Below, one piece after another: positions 56,486 to 64,000 of a stretch of DNA of 64,000 nt. The DNA is from Steroidobacteraceae bacterium (GTDB taxonomy: Bacteria; Pseudomonadota; Gammaproteobacteria; Steroidobacterales; Steroidobacteraceae), in contig JBFWZQ010000014.1 of NCBI GenBank assembly GCA_050185195.1, positions 3,002 to 67,001 of the forward strand, written 5' to 3'. The notes under the pieces were generated by a model that searched no databases, was not told the origin of the DNA, and saw nothing but the letters and a program-made list of their open reading frames with translations. Both the position numbers and the translations under genes were made by a program. Position 1 is the stretch's first letter; every line of letters starts with the position of its first letter.

Positions 56486-59203
56486 TCAGTAGCCTCTCGC
56501 GGAGACGGCATCGGGCTGCCGCGGTCGTTCGCTCGCCGCTGCATGCAAGGCGTTGAACAGCAACTTGAACGTGGCGGACGACTGAGCGCGAAACTGCGGC
56601 CGGAATCCGACCAGGACCACGTTGCCGCGCTCGACCCGAACGCGAACGACCGCCGGCTTGCCAGCGAGGTGACGCTGCGCACCGACCTGCAAGCCGCTGA
56701 GCAGCAGATCCTTGTCGGCGTAGTACGCCGCGACGTCGACGCTCCGCGAAGGCGCATCGTGCGGCCGCGGGAGCACCTCGAATGCGCGACTGTTGACGAA
56801 GAACGCCGCCGATTCCCGTGGCATTCCATAGGCAATCGGGTGATCGGGCTCGACCCGCAGACGAATCAGTGAGCCTGGCACATAGAATTCTTCCTCGGGA
56901 AGCTTCGCAGTGCTTTCGCGCACGGGCAGGCCGAACTGCTGGATCGCGAGCGTCGAAGCCTCATCGAGCGCCACGAGTGTGCCGCCTCGCTCCACGAATC
57001 GTCGTAGCGCCGCAGCGCCTGCCGTGCCCATCCCTCCCACGTACTCAGGGGGCATCGCTCCGGCAGCGTGACCGTTCAGAATCGAGTCGGCCGACTGGTC
57101 AGGCAGAATGATCGCATCGTAATTCGCCAGCTCCCCGCCGCGGACCTGGCTGTCATTCAACGTGTCGAGCGGGAACTCGTAGCGCTCGAGCAGCCAGCGC
57201 GTCCAGCCTTCATCCATGTTGGCGACCCAGCTCTTGTAGATTCCAACCCTGGGAAGTCGCAGTGCTTGCAGCGGTGCGGACGGTTCAACATCGATCCCTA
57301 CGGCGTCGATTCCCAACTCGTCCGAAAGCGCCTGCAGTCGCGTTCGCAGCTCCGGGCCGCCCCGCACGACGAATGTTCCGGCCTCATGCTGCCGGCCACC
57401 TGCGCCGAAGTCGCCACGGGCGAGGCTCACCGGTACGCCGCCCCGTAGCAGCCGATTGATCGCCAGCACGCTGGCGTTGGCGCGATGCGCGATGAGGTAG
57501 CCGAAACGCGCATCTCCTGTCACGGTCCCGGCCCGAACCGGATGGTTGTCGCGCACCTCTTCTACTTGCGCTCGAAAAGGCGCGTCGATCCGATCGGTTC
57601 TCACGCCCATCTGAACCGGAAGCGTCCAGCCGGTCAGGTCGCGTGGCGGATCGATGGGTCCGCCGGGAACGAGTCTTCGATCGGGGTATTGGCTCTCTTC
57701 CAGCAATACCCCAAGCACCGGCCGGAATGCCTGGCCGGCGAACGCGATGAAACTGCCGGCGGCATAGCTTTGGCCACCCGCTGTGAACGGCGCCGCGGCT
57801 CGGTGCACCTCCACGCCGCCGCGGCGCAGAATGTTCACCATCTGCACGGCCTCGCCCGCATCCCATTGCCCGGCCGGCACAACGTAGGCGAAAGGGCCAC
57901 CGCGAACGCCCGCCGCGATGGCATCGCGCCCCAACGTGTATCGGTTATACAACCACTGCTCCCGGCGCAGCGAAGCGATATCCAGCACCGCCATCGATGC
58001 CGTGAGGTGATACGCAACAGCGTCAGACAGCCGGGCCCAACCGCCCTGCCACGGATTCGCGTAGAACACGCTGGGCTCCCGCGTGGAGAGGACCTCCATG
58101 GCCGAAGCGCCCGGGCGGAAGTACTGCGGCAGCGACGCGGGATCGACAAAACGCGGCGTCGCGGATGCGTGGCCGACTTCAGTGTGCAGTCCGACAATGT
58201 TGCGGTAGTACGGCGCGTATCGCATGCCGTCTGCCCGCCACATCTCGAAGGTCCGGCGGGAGAGTACGCCCGGCTTGCGCTCTTCTTCGAAGCGCTGTGC
58301 CATGTAAGTGCCGATGAGATTGACGCCCCGGGTCACCAGCGCAGGCACATGTGGATTCAGCGGATCCTGGAACGGAGGAATGTGAATCCGCGCCGGGAAC
58401 GGCGCCTCTTGGTGATGATTCAACACGATCTGCGGGTGCCATTCCCTATACAGCACCCGCGCCAGATGACGCGTCTCCTGCTGGAGAATCGCGTAGAAGT
58501 CCCGGTTTATGTCGTGCCCGACGTACTGGTGGTAGAGCTCGGGTGGCTGCGTGGTCTCGAAGGGAGTGCCGAGCTGCCGGCGATACCAGTTGACCACGAC
58601 CTCGTGCCCGTCCGGGTTCATCATCGGCATGAGCATCACGACTACATCGTTGCGGATGCGCCGGACCTCGTCGCTCTCATCGGTCAGCAGATGATGCGCG
58701 AGACGCGGCATGTGCTGTGAGGTGGCCACCTCGTTCGAGTGCAGGCCCGCGTCGATCCAGACGATCGCCTTTCCTTCGTGAGCCAGCTGGCGCGCACCGG
58801 CGTCATCCAGCGAGCCGGCGCGAGCGAGCCGCTCGCTGATCGAGCGCCATCGGTCGAGCTGCCGAAGGTTGTCCTCGCTTGAGACGAACGCGACCACCAT
58901 GGGACGGCCCTGCGTGGACTCGCCGATCTCCACGAGCGTCATGCGATCGCTGGCCGCGTCCAGCGCGCGGTAGTAGTCGAGGAGCTGGCCGTAGTCCGCG
59001 AGCTTGTAGTCCGTGCCCGGCTCGAAGCCGAGCACGTCTCGTGGCTCGGGGAGCGCCGCGGCAGCGGAACTGCACAGCGCGACAATCAGCGCAGCGAAGT
59101 GGAAGGCACGATGCCTCACGGCATGGCGCCCACTGACCGCCGCTTTGCGCCCGAAGGTGAGCAAATCGGCCCGAGAGTGCGTACCGTGTGGAATCGTTAC
59201 CAT
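56486..59203 (-). CDS. M14-family zinc carboxypeptidase with large C-terminal (GATase1/DJ-1-like) extension, secreted
   Basis: 905-aa ORF. Zn motif WIDAGLHSNE (HxxE). The signal-like segment FHFAALIVALCSSAAAA suggests an alternative GTG start at 59119. Confidence 0.75.
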   Translation of the reverse strand: MVTIPHGTHSRADLLTFGRKAAVSGRHAVRHRAFHFAALIVALCSSAAAALPEPRDVLGFEPGTDYKLADYGQLLDYYRALDAASDRMTLVEIGESTQGRPMVVAFVSSEDNLRQLDRWRSISERLARAGSLDDAGARQLAHEGKAIVWIDAGLHSNEVATSQHMPRLAHHLLTDESDEVRRIRNDVVVMLMPMMNPDGHEVVVNWYRRQLGTPFETTQPPELYHQYVGHDINRDFYAILQQETRHLARVLYREWHPQIVLNHHQEAPFPARIHIPPFQDPLNPHVPALVTRGVNLIGTYMAQRFEEERKPGVLSRRTFEMWRADGMRYAPYYRNIVGLHTEVGHASATPRFVDPASLPQYFRPGASAMEVLSTREPSVFYANPWQGGWARLSDAVAYHLTASMAVLDIASLRREQWLYNRYTLGRDAIAAGVRGGPFAYVVPAGQWDAGEAVQMVNILRRGGVEVHRAAAPFTAGGQSYAAGSFIAFAGQAFRPVLGVLLEESQYPDRRLVPGGPIDPPRDLTGWTLPVQMGVRTDRIDAPFRAQVEEVRDNHPVRAGTVTGDARFGYLIAHRANASVLAINRLLRGGVPVSLARGDFGAGGRQHEAGTFVVRGGPELRTRLQALSDELGIDAVGIDVEPSAPLQALRLPRVGIYKSWVANMDEGWTRWLLERYEFPLDTLNDSQVRGGELANYDAIILPDQSADSILNGHAAGAMPPEYVGGMGTAGAAALRRFVERGGTLVALDEASTLAIQQFGLPVRESTAKLPEEEFYVPGSLIRLRVEPDHPIAYGMPRESAAFFVNSRAFEVLPRPHDAPSRSVDVAAYYADKDLLLSGLQVGAQRHLAGKPAVVRVRVERGNVVLVGFRPQFRAQSSATFKLLFNALHAAASERPRQPDAVSARGY

Positions 59204-59283
59204 ATTATTAGCGCAATCTGCTGCCTTTGGAGATACTAGCCCTGATAATTACGCCTGCATTCAAGTAAACGATTCCATATTGA
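59204..59283. promoter_or_regulatory. A/T-rich divergent control region between the M14/TBDR operon and the LacI-family gene
   Basis: One of the most A/T-rich stretches seen (attattagcgcaatctgctgcctttggagatactagccctgataattacgcctgcattcaagtaaacgattccatattga), lying between divergent start codons. Weak CG-centred half-palindrome GTAAACGATTCC at 59265-59276. Confidence 0.4.
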
Positions 59284-60354
59284 ATGAATGCTCCAACGAT
59301 ACGCGACGTGGCTGCCCGTGCAGGAACTACCCCCGCGACGGTGTCGCGCGCGTTGAACGGGACCGGCTATGTGAGCGCTGCGAAGCGTCGTGCGGTTCTC
59401 GACGCTGCCGCCGAACTCGGTTACATCCCTCATGCGAGCGCTCAGCTGCTGCGCTCGACCCGGTCGCGGCTGCTCGCGGTCATCGTCGGCGACCTGGAGA
59501 ATCCGCGCTCTACGATGCTCATCAACGGCGTGCAAAAGCTCGCCGGCGAACGCGGCTACACGACTTTTTTCGCAAGCGTTGCCGACTCGGGAGGCCAGAG
59601 CGAGCAGGATGTGCTGCGCGTACTGCTCCGTCAGAGGCCGGAGGGATTGATCCTTGCCACTCTGCGCACGCCACCCTCTGACCAGTTTTTGCACGAGGTA
59701 GCCTCGCGCGGCCTGCCAGTCTCACTGGTCGGGCGCGACCTGGAGCAAGCGGGCGTCGACTCGATCTCTGCGAACTATCGTCGCGGAGGCGAGACCATCA
59801 CCGGTCACCTGCTGGAACTGGGGCACCGGCGCATCGCCTTTCTGGGCGCTCAGCTGTCGGAAGCCGATCGGATCGGTCGCCTGCGTGGTTATCTCGACGC
59901 GCTACAGCGCGCGCGGATTCAGGTGCGTCCTGCGTGGGTGATCGGCGATGCAGAACAGCCCTCGGGCCCGCGGTATCCGACGCATCTCACGGGCTATCAG
60001 GGCGTGCAGCGGCTGCTACAACTGTCCGCGAGGCCCACGGCGATCGTCGCTCGCAATGATGTCACTGCCGTCGGGGCCATTCAGGCGCTGAAGGACGCGG
60101 GCCTGCGCGTGCCCGGCGACGTCTCGGTCACCGGCTTCGACAACATCCCTCTGGCTGGCGCGATCACGCCAGCGTTGACAACCATGAGCCAACCGACAGA
60201 AGAAGAGGGCAATCTCGCCGCAGAATTCCTGATCGCGCGGCTAGAGCGCCCACAAGAGACCATCCCGCCGCGCGCGATCGTGCTCGAGTGCAATCTGATC
60301 GTACGAGCCTCGACAGCGGCCCTCCCCCGCCAGCATCGACGTTCGATGGGTTAG
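59284..60354 (+). CDS. LacI-family transcriptional regulator
   Basis: HTH string TIRDVAARAGTTPATVSRALNGTGYVS followed by a periplasmic-binding-protein-like core (IAFLG..., ARNDVTAVGAIQAL..., VTGFDNIPLA). Confidence 0.9.
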   Translation: MNAPTIRDVAARAGTTPATVSRALNGTGYVSAAKRRAVLDAAAELGYIPHASAQLLRSTRSRLLAVIVGDLENPRSTMLINGVQKLAGERGYTTFFASVADSGGQSEQDVLRVLLRQRPEGLILATLRTPPSDQFLHEVASRGLPVSLVGRDLEQAGVDSISANYRRGGETITGHLLELGHRRIAFLGAQLSEADRIGRLRGYLDALQRARIQVRPAWVIGDAEQPSGPRYPTHLTGYQGVQRLLQLSARPTAIVARNDVTAVGAIQALKDAGLRVPGDVSVTGFDNIPLAGAITPALTTMSQPTEEEGNLAAEFLIARLERPQETIPPRAIVLECNLIVRASTAALPRQHRRSMG

Positions 60355-60905
60355 CGGGCGGATCTGCCGAAGAACAGTGCGCGCTGCTGACACAGCTGTC
60401 CTGAGCAATGCCGGTGACCCATTGGCGCGCGGCATCGGGCGCCCCTAACCTCGCCGCGAAGTTTCAGTGGCTTTCACTCGCTCCCACTCAAGAACATTTG
60501 CGCTCCTCAAGTTGCTGCCGCAGCTGGAACTCTCGTGACGGCGGCGTGATTTTACCGCCAGGCTGACCATCGAATAGTTCAGCTTGACGGCGCGATGTAT
60601 CGGCTTCGGCCCCCTGTAACCGGGCTTTACTTATGCGCATGCAGCATTAGTTCTATTCGATTAATGCTATTTATCTGGTAAATGCCAGGGGTTAGGTTGC
60701 TTCAGTCGACCCAAGGACTGGAGCAGCCATGAAGACGAGCATCCCCCGCAACTTCCTTTTCAGCAGTGTCGCGTTCGGCTCGACTTTCAAATGCACCACG
60801 AGCAGCTTGCTGGACCTGATGCGTTGGGACGCCACGGACCAGATCGGGTTGACCGGGTTCGACGGCAGGACTCCTTGAGTCCAATCATCCAGGAGGCGCT
60901 CAACC

Positions 60906-61643
60906 ATGGAAAACATAGCAGGCAAAGTCGTCGCCATCACGGGTGCCAGCTCGGGTCTGGGCGCGGAATCCGCGCGCCACCTGGTCCGGGCCGGTGCCAA
61001 AGTCGCGCTCGGCGCTCGCCGAATGGACCGGCTCGAGGCGTTGGCCCAGGAACTGGGCAACGACAACTGCGCGGCCTTCCAGCTGGATGTCGTGGACCGC
61101 AAGCAAGTCGCGGCATTCGTCGATCACGCGGTGAAGACCTTCGGGCGCATTGACGTGATGATCAACAACGCCGGGGTGATGCCGCTCGCGCCACTGGAGA
61201 TGATGCGGTTCGACGAGTGGGATCGCTGCATCGACGTGAACATCAAGGGTGTGCTGTGGGGCATTGCCGCCGCGCTTCCGCACTTCAAGCAGCGGAAGAG
61301 CGGGCAATTCATCAACGTCTCCTCGGTGGCGGGCCACACGATCAGCTCGGGCGGCGCGATCTACTCGGCCAGCAAATACTCGGTGCGGGTGATCTCCGAG
61401 GCGCTGCGCAAGGAAGTGAAACCCTACAACATCCGCACGACCGTGCTCTCACCGGGCGCGGTGGATACCGAACTCCCCGGCTCGGTAGGGGCGCCGGGCG
61501 TGAATGAAGCCATTGCCGGCTATTACCGCGAGAACGCGATATCCGCTGACAGCTTCGCCCGTTGCGTGCTGTTCGCAATGAGCCAGCCCGAGAACGTGGA
61601 CATCAACGAAATCCTGTTCCGTCCCACGAAGCAGGAACTTTAA
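60906..61643 (+). CDS. Classical SDR-family oxidoreductase
   Basis: Motifs [12 protein letters not shown] and YSASK. AGGAGG Shine-Dalgarno 9 nt upstream. Confidence 0.9.
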   Translation: MENIAGKVVAITGASSGLGAESARHLVRAGAKVALGARRMDRLEALAQELGNDNCAAFQLDVVDRKQVAAFVDHAVKTFGRIDVMINNAGVMPLAPLEMMRFDEWDRCIDVNIKGVLWGIAAALPHFKQRKSGQFINVSSVAGHTISSGGAIYSASKYSVRVISEALRKEVKPYNIRTTVLSPGAVDTELPGSVGAPGVNEAIAGYYRENAISADSFARCVLFAMSQPENVDINEILFRPTKQEL

Positions 61644-61666
61644 TCGCGATGACTGGAGGATCCCAC

Positions 61667-62158
61667 ATGATCAGGACTGTATTGGGGATGGCGGTGTGCG
61701 CTGCAGCCCCCCTCACCGGCGCTGCCGACCACGGCAATACCAACGGATCCGCAACCAGGCAGCAGATCGCGCGCGCAGGCACCCAGGCTTCGACATCGGG
61801 TCCCGCCGAATACTTCACCGGGCGGGCGCGCGTCGACCCCCTGTTTCCTGCGAGCGCAGAGGTCAATGCATCCGGCGCGTATGTGACCTTCGAGCCGGGC
61901 GCGCGTTCGAATTGGCACACCCACCCGGCCGGACAACGGCTCGTCGTGGTGTCCGGTGTCGGCCTCACGCAGGAATGGGGCAAGCCCATCCAGGAAATCC
62001 GTCCCGGTGATGTGGTCGTGTGCCCCGCCGGCGTCAAGCACTGGCACGGCGCCGCGCCCACCACGGCGATGACGCACCTGGCCGTGACCGGCTCGGTCGA
62101 CGGCAAGAGCGTGGACTGGATGGAGAAAGTCAGCGATGACCAATACAACGCCCGCTGA
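61667..62158 (+). CDS. Cupin-domain protein with N-terminal signal peptide
   Basis: ORF 61562..62158 trimmed to [20 protein letters not shown] (GGAGGA upstream). Cupin motifs [13 protein letters not shown] and GVKHWHGA. Confidence 0.75.
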   Translation: MIRTVLGMAVCAAAPLTGAADHGNTNGSATRQQIARAGTQASTSGPAEYFTGRARVDPLFPASAEVNASGAYVTFEPGARSNWHTHPAGQRLVVVSGVGLTQEWGKPIQEIRPGDVVVCPAGVKHWHGAAPTTAMTHLAVTGSVDGKSVDWMEKVSDDQYNAR

Positions 62159-62930
62159 GTGCGGCCTGATCGCGCGCGCCGCCGTGTGGAGTGCCGCGTG
62201 GTCACTGGGACTCGTGCTCGCAACCGCACCGGCTCTCGCCGCGCAACCGACAGGAGAACCCGCCATGACTTCCGCCGCGCCCACTTCGGAAACACTCACG
62301 GCCAGGCAGCAAGCCATCCCGCTGATCGCGGCCGCCATGGCCACGAGCAACATGCCCCAGCTCGACGCCGCGCTGAACCGCGGGCTCGACGCGGGCCTGA
62401 CCATCAGCGAGGCCAGGGAAATCCTGGTGCAGCTCTACGCCTACACCGGCTTCCCGCGCAGCCTCAATGCGCTGGGCGAATTGCTGAAGGTGGTCGAAGC
62501 GCGCAAAGCGCGTGGCATCCAGGACGCACCCGGACGCGAACCCAGCCGGACGATTCCCACTGGAGAGGAGTTGATCGCGGTCGGCACGGCCAACCAGACC
62601 AGGATCTCCGGGAGTGTCGTTGAAGGCCCGCTGTTCGACTTTGCGCCAATCATCAACCAGTACCTGCAAGCGCACCTCTTCGGCGACATCTTCGAGCGCG
62701 ACAACCTCGATTGGCAGAGCCGCGAGCTGGCCACTGTCGGTGCGCTGGCCGCCACGCCCGGCGTGGAAGCGCAGTTGCGCTCGCACATGGCAGCCAGCCT
62801 GCGCGTGGGCCTGACTGTTTCGAAGTTGCGTCAGCTCATCCAGTTACTGGCCGAGAGCGGCAACGCCGAAGCCGCCAAGCGTGCGCGTGAGGCGCTGGAT
62901 CAACACCTGGCCCAAACCCCAAAGCCGTAA
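62136..62930 (+). CDS. Carboxymuconolactone decarboxylase (CMD/AhpD-like) family protein, two CMD repeats
   Basis: 264-aa ORF. Repeats ...[17 protein letters not shown]... and ...[22 protein letters not shown]... Possible signal peptide; alternative internal ATG (MTSAAPTS). Confidence 0.7.
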   Translation: MTNTTPAECGLIARAAVWSAAWSLGLVLATAPALAAQPTGEPAMTSAAPTSETLTARQQAIPLIAAAMATSNMPQLDAALNRGLDAGLTISEAREILVQLYAYTGFPRSLNALGELLKVVEARKARGIQDAPGREPSRTIPTGEELIAVGTANQTRISGSVVEGPLFDFAPIINQYLQAHLFGDIFERDNLDWQSRELATVGALAATPGVEAQLRSHMAASLRVGLTVSKLRQLIQLLAESGNAEAAKRAREALDQHLAQTPKP

Positions 62931-62956
62931 GCACGGCATCAACCACCGAGTACACC

Positions 62957-63832
62957 ATGCAGACAACGACATTGAACAACGGCATCACCATGCCGATGCT
63001 GGGACTGGGCGTGTTTCAGGCCCCGCCCGATGCCACGGCGGCCGCCGTCGAGGAAGCCTTGCGATCGGGCTACCGACTCATCGACACGGCCGCCGCCTAC
63101 GCCAACGAGCGCGAGGTGGGTGAAGGCATCCGCCGTTCGGGCATCGGCCGGGGCGAGGTCTTCATCGAAACAAAGGTGTGGATCAACGACTACGGCTACG
63201 ACGCCACATTGCATGCGTTCGACAAGGGCGCCGGCAAGCTGGGTGTCGAACGAATCGACCTGCTGCTCCTGCATCAGCCGCTGACCAGCCGCTTCGATCT
63301 CACCCTTGGGGCCTACAAAGCGCTGGAGAAACTGCTGGCCGATGGCAAGGTGCGTGCGATCGGCGTCAGCAACTTCATGCCGGACGTGCTGCGGCGCCTG
63401 CTGGCGGAAACATCGGTGGTGCCGGCGGTCAACCAGATCGAGGTCCACCCCTACTTCCAGCAAAAGGAACTGCAACGTCTCCACGCCGAGCACGGCATCC
63501 TGACCCAGGCGTGGTCGCCGATGGGCGGCATCACTTCCTACTATGGGGGCAAGAGGAGCACGTTCGACGATCCCACCTTGCAGCGGATTGCGCGTGAGCA
63601 TGGCAAGTCCGCCGCGCAAGTGATGCTGCGCTGGCACCTGCAGGAAGGCCGCGCGGTGATCCCGAAGTCGACCAGGCCCGCTCGCATCGCCGAGAACCTG
63701 AACGTGTTCGACTTCGAACTCACCGCCACGCAGATCGCCGAGATCGACGCGCTCGATACCGGCGTGCGCAGCGGACCGGAACCCGACAGCATCACCCTGG
63801 AAAACTACGGCCGCGAGATTCCGGAAGCCTGA
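62957..63832 (+). CDS. Aldo/keto reductase (2,5-diketo-D-gluconate reductase-like)
   Basis: Strings LIDTAAAYANE, DLLLLHQP, IGVSNF, NQIEVHPY and VIPKSTRPARI. Confidence 0.9.
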   Translation: MQTTTLNNGITMPMLGLGVFQAPPDATAAAVEEALRSGYRLIDTAAAYANEREVGEGIRRSGIGRGEVFIETKVWINDYGYDATLHAFDKGAGKLGVERIDLLLLHQPLTSRFDLTLGAYKALEKLLADGKVRAIGVSNFMPDVLRRLLAETSVVPAVNQIEVHPYFQQKELQRLHAEHGILTQAWSPMGGITSYYGGKRSTFDDPTLQRIAREHGKSAAQVMLRWHLQEGRAVIPKSTRPARIAENLNVFDFELTATQIAEIDALDTGVRSGPEPDSITLENYGREIPEA

Positions 63833-63851
63833 GCACGGTGGAGAAGCAGGG

Positions 63852-64000
63852 ATGAACGATGATCTGACCCGAACCAGTCGCCGCGAGCTGCTGGTGGGAG
63901 CCGCGACGTTGGCCGCCGCGGCCCCACTGATGGCCGGGGCCAGCGGTACGCCTGCTGCCGTGAAGCCGGGCGCAAACACCACCTTGACCGCTCGTCGCAA
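63852..64000 (+). CDS. 5' end of a gene encoding a twin-arginine-signal protein (function unknown; continues past the right edge)
   Basis: ATG at 63852 preceded by GGAG. Translation MNDDLTRTSRRELLVGAATLAAAAPLMAGASG... is a Tat-type signal. Confidence 0.5.
   Translation, partial: MNDDLTRTSRRELLVGAATLAAAAPLMAGASGTPAAVKPGANTTLTARR

Noticed and set aside
60692-61102. The minus-strand ORF whose 3' part (…NPIWSVASQRIRSSKLLVVHLKVEPNATLLKRKLRGMLVF…) vaguely resembles the central part of a LysR-type regulator effector domain. That would make it a regulator remnant next to the SDR cluster.
   Set aside because: The resemblance is only a loose hydrophobic pattern. The 5' two thirds of the ORF is antisense to the well-supported SDR gene. 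There is no HTH region. The frame shares wobble positions with a plus-strand small ORF, so codon bias is uninformative. BLASTX would be needed.

Overview
Gene-dense, high-GC proteobacterial chromosomal segment with about 55 protein-coding genes. I recognised no rRNA, tRNA, CRISPR array, transposase or integrase. All family assignments come from reading motifs by eye, with no searches run.

Contents, left to right:
1. A gamma-glutamyl-polyamine catabolic gene set (Puu/Pau/Spu-like): two glutamine-synthetase-like ligases, a PuuD-type amidohydrolase, an FAD oxidase, an aldehyde dehydrogenase, an HTH-cupin regulator and an omega-aminotransferase. It is interleaved with an outer-membrane barrel gene, rlmKL and a DnaQ-exonuclease/GIY-YIG nuclease fusion.
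2. A TorF-like porin.
3. A divergent unit: a Trm112-zinc-ribbon methyltransferase plus small cupin, facing a GntR regulator plus PLP decarboxylase, with a convergent MFS transporter.
4. A translationally coupled operon of HipA-like kinase domain, DUF3037-like protein, GNAT and class I/II aminotransferase.
5. mprF-acvB.
6. A tandem YjbR/MmcQ protein, a decayed SRPBCC gene, a secreted PQQ-like propeller and a Tat-signal Rossmann protein.
7. A czcCBA-type heavy-metal RND operon preceded by a small His/Asp-rich membrane ORF.
8. A 13-kb divergent sulfate-assimilation locus. One arm is tauE-cysD-cysNC. The other is cysJ-cysI-cysH, followed in the same tightly packed operon by a HemC/HemD-like fusion, hemB, a 5-aminolevulinate synthase and cysG. 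That is a complete glycine-to-siroheme route wired into the sulfite reductase operon, and it is the most unusual feature I can see.
9. After a visible drop in G+C at about 47.1 kb, a 12-kb minus-strand operon facing a LacI regulator: M14 peptidase, TonB-dependent receptor, Glu/Asp-type ABC importer, S41 peptidase and a PL22/TolB-like propeller.
10. An SDR-cupin-CMD-aldo/keto reductase cluster.

Two copies of a REP-like palindrome with identical 16-nt arms sit just 3' of two plus-strand genes.
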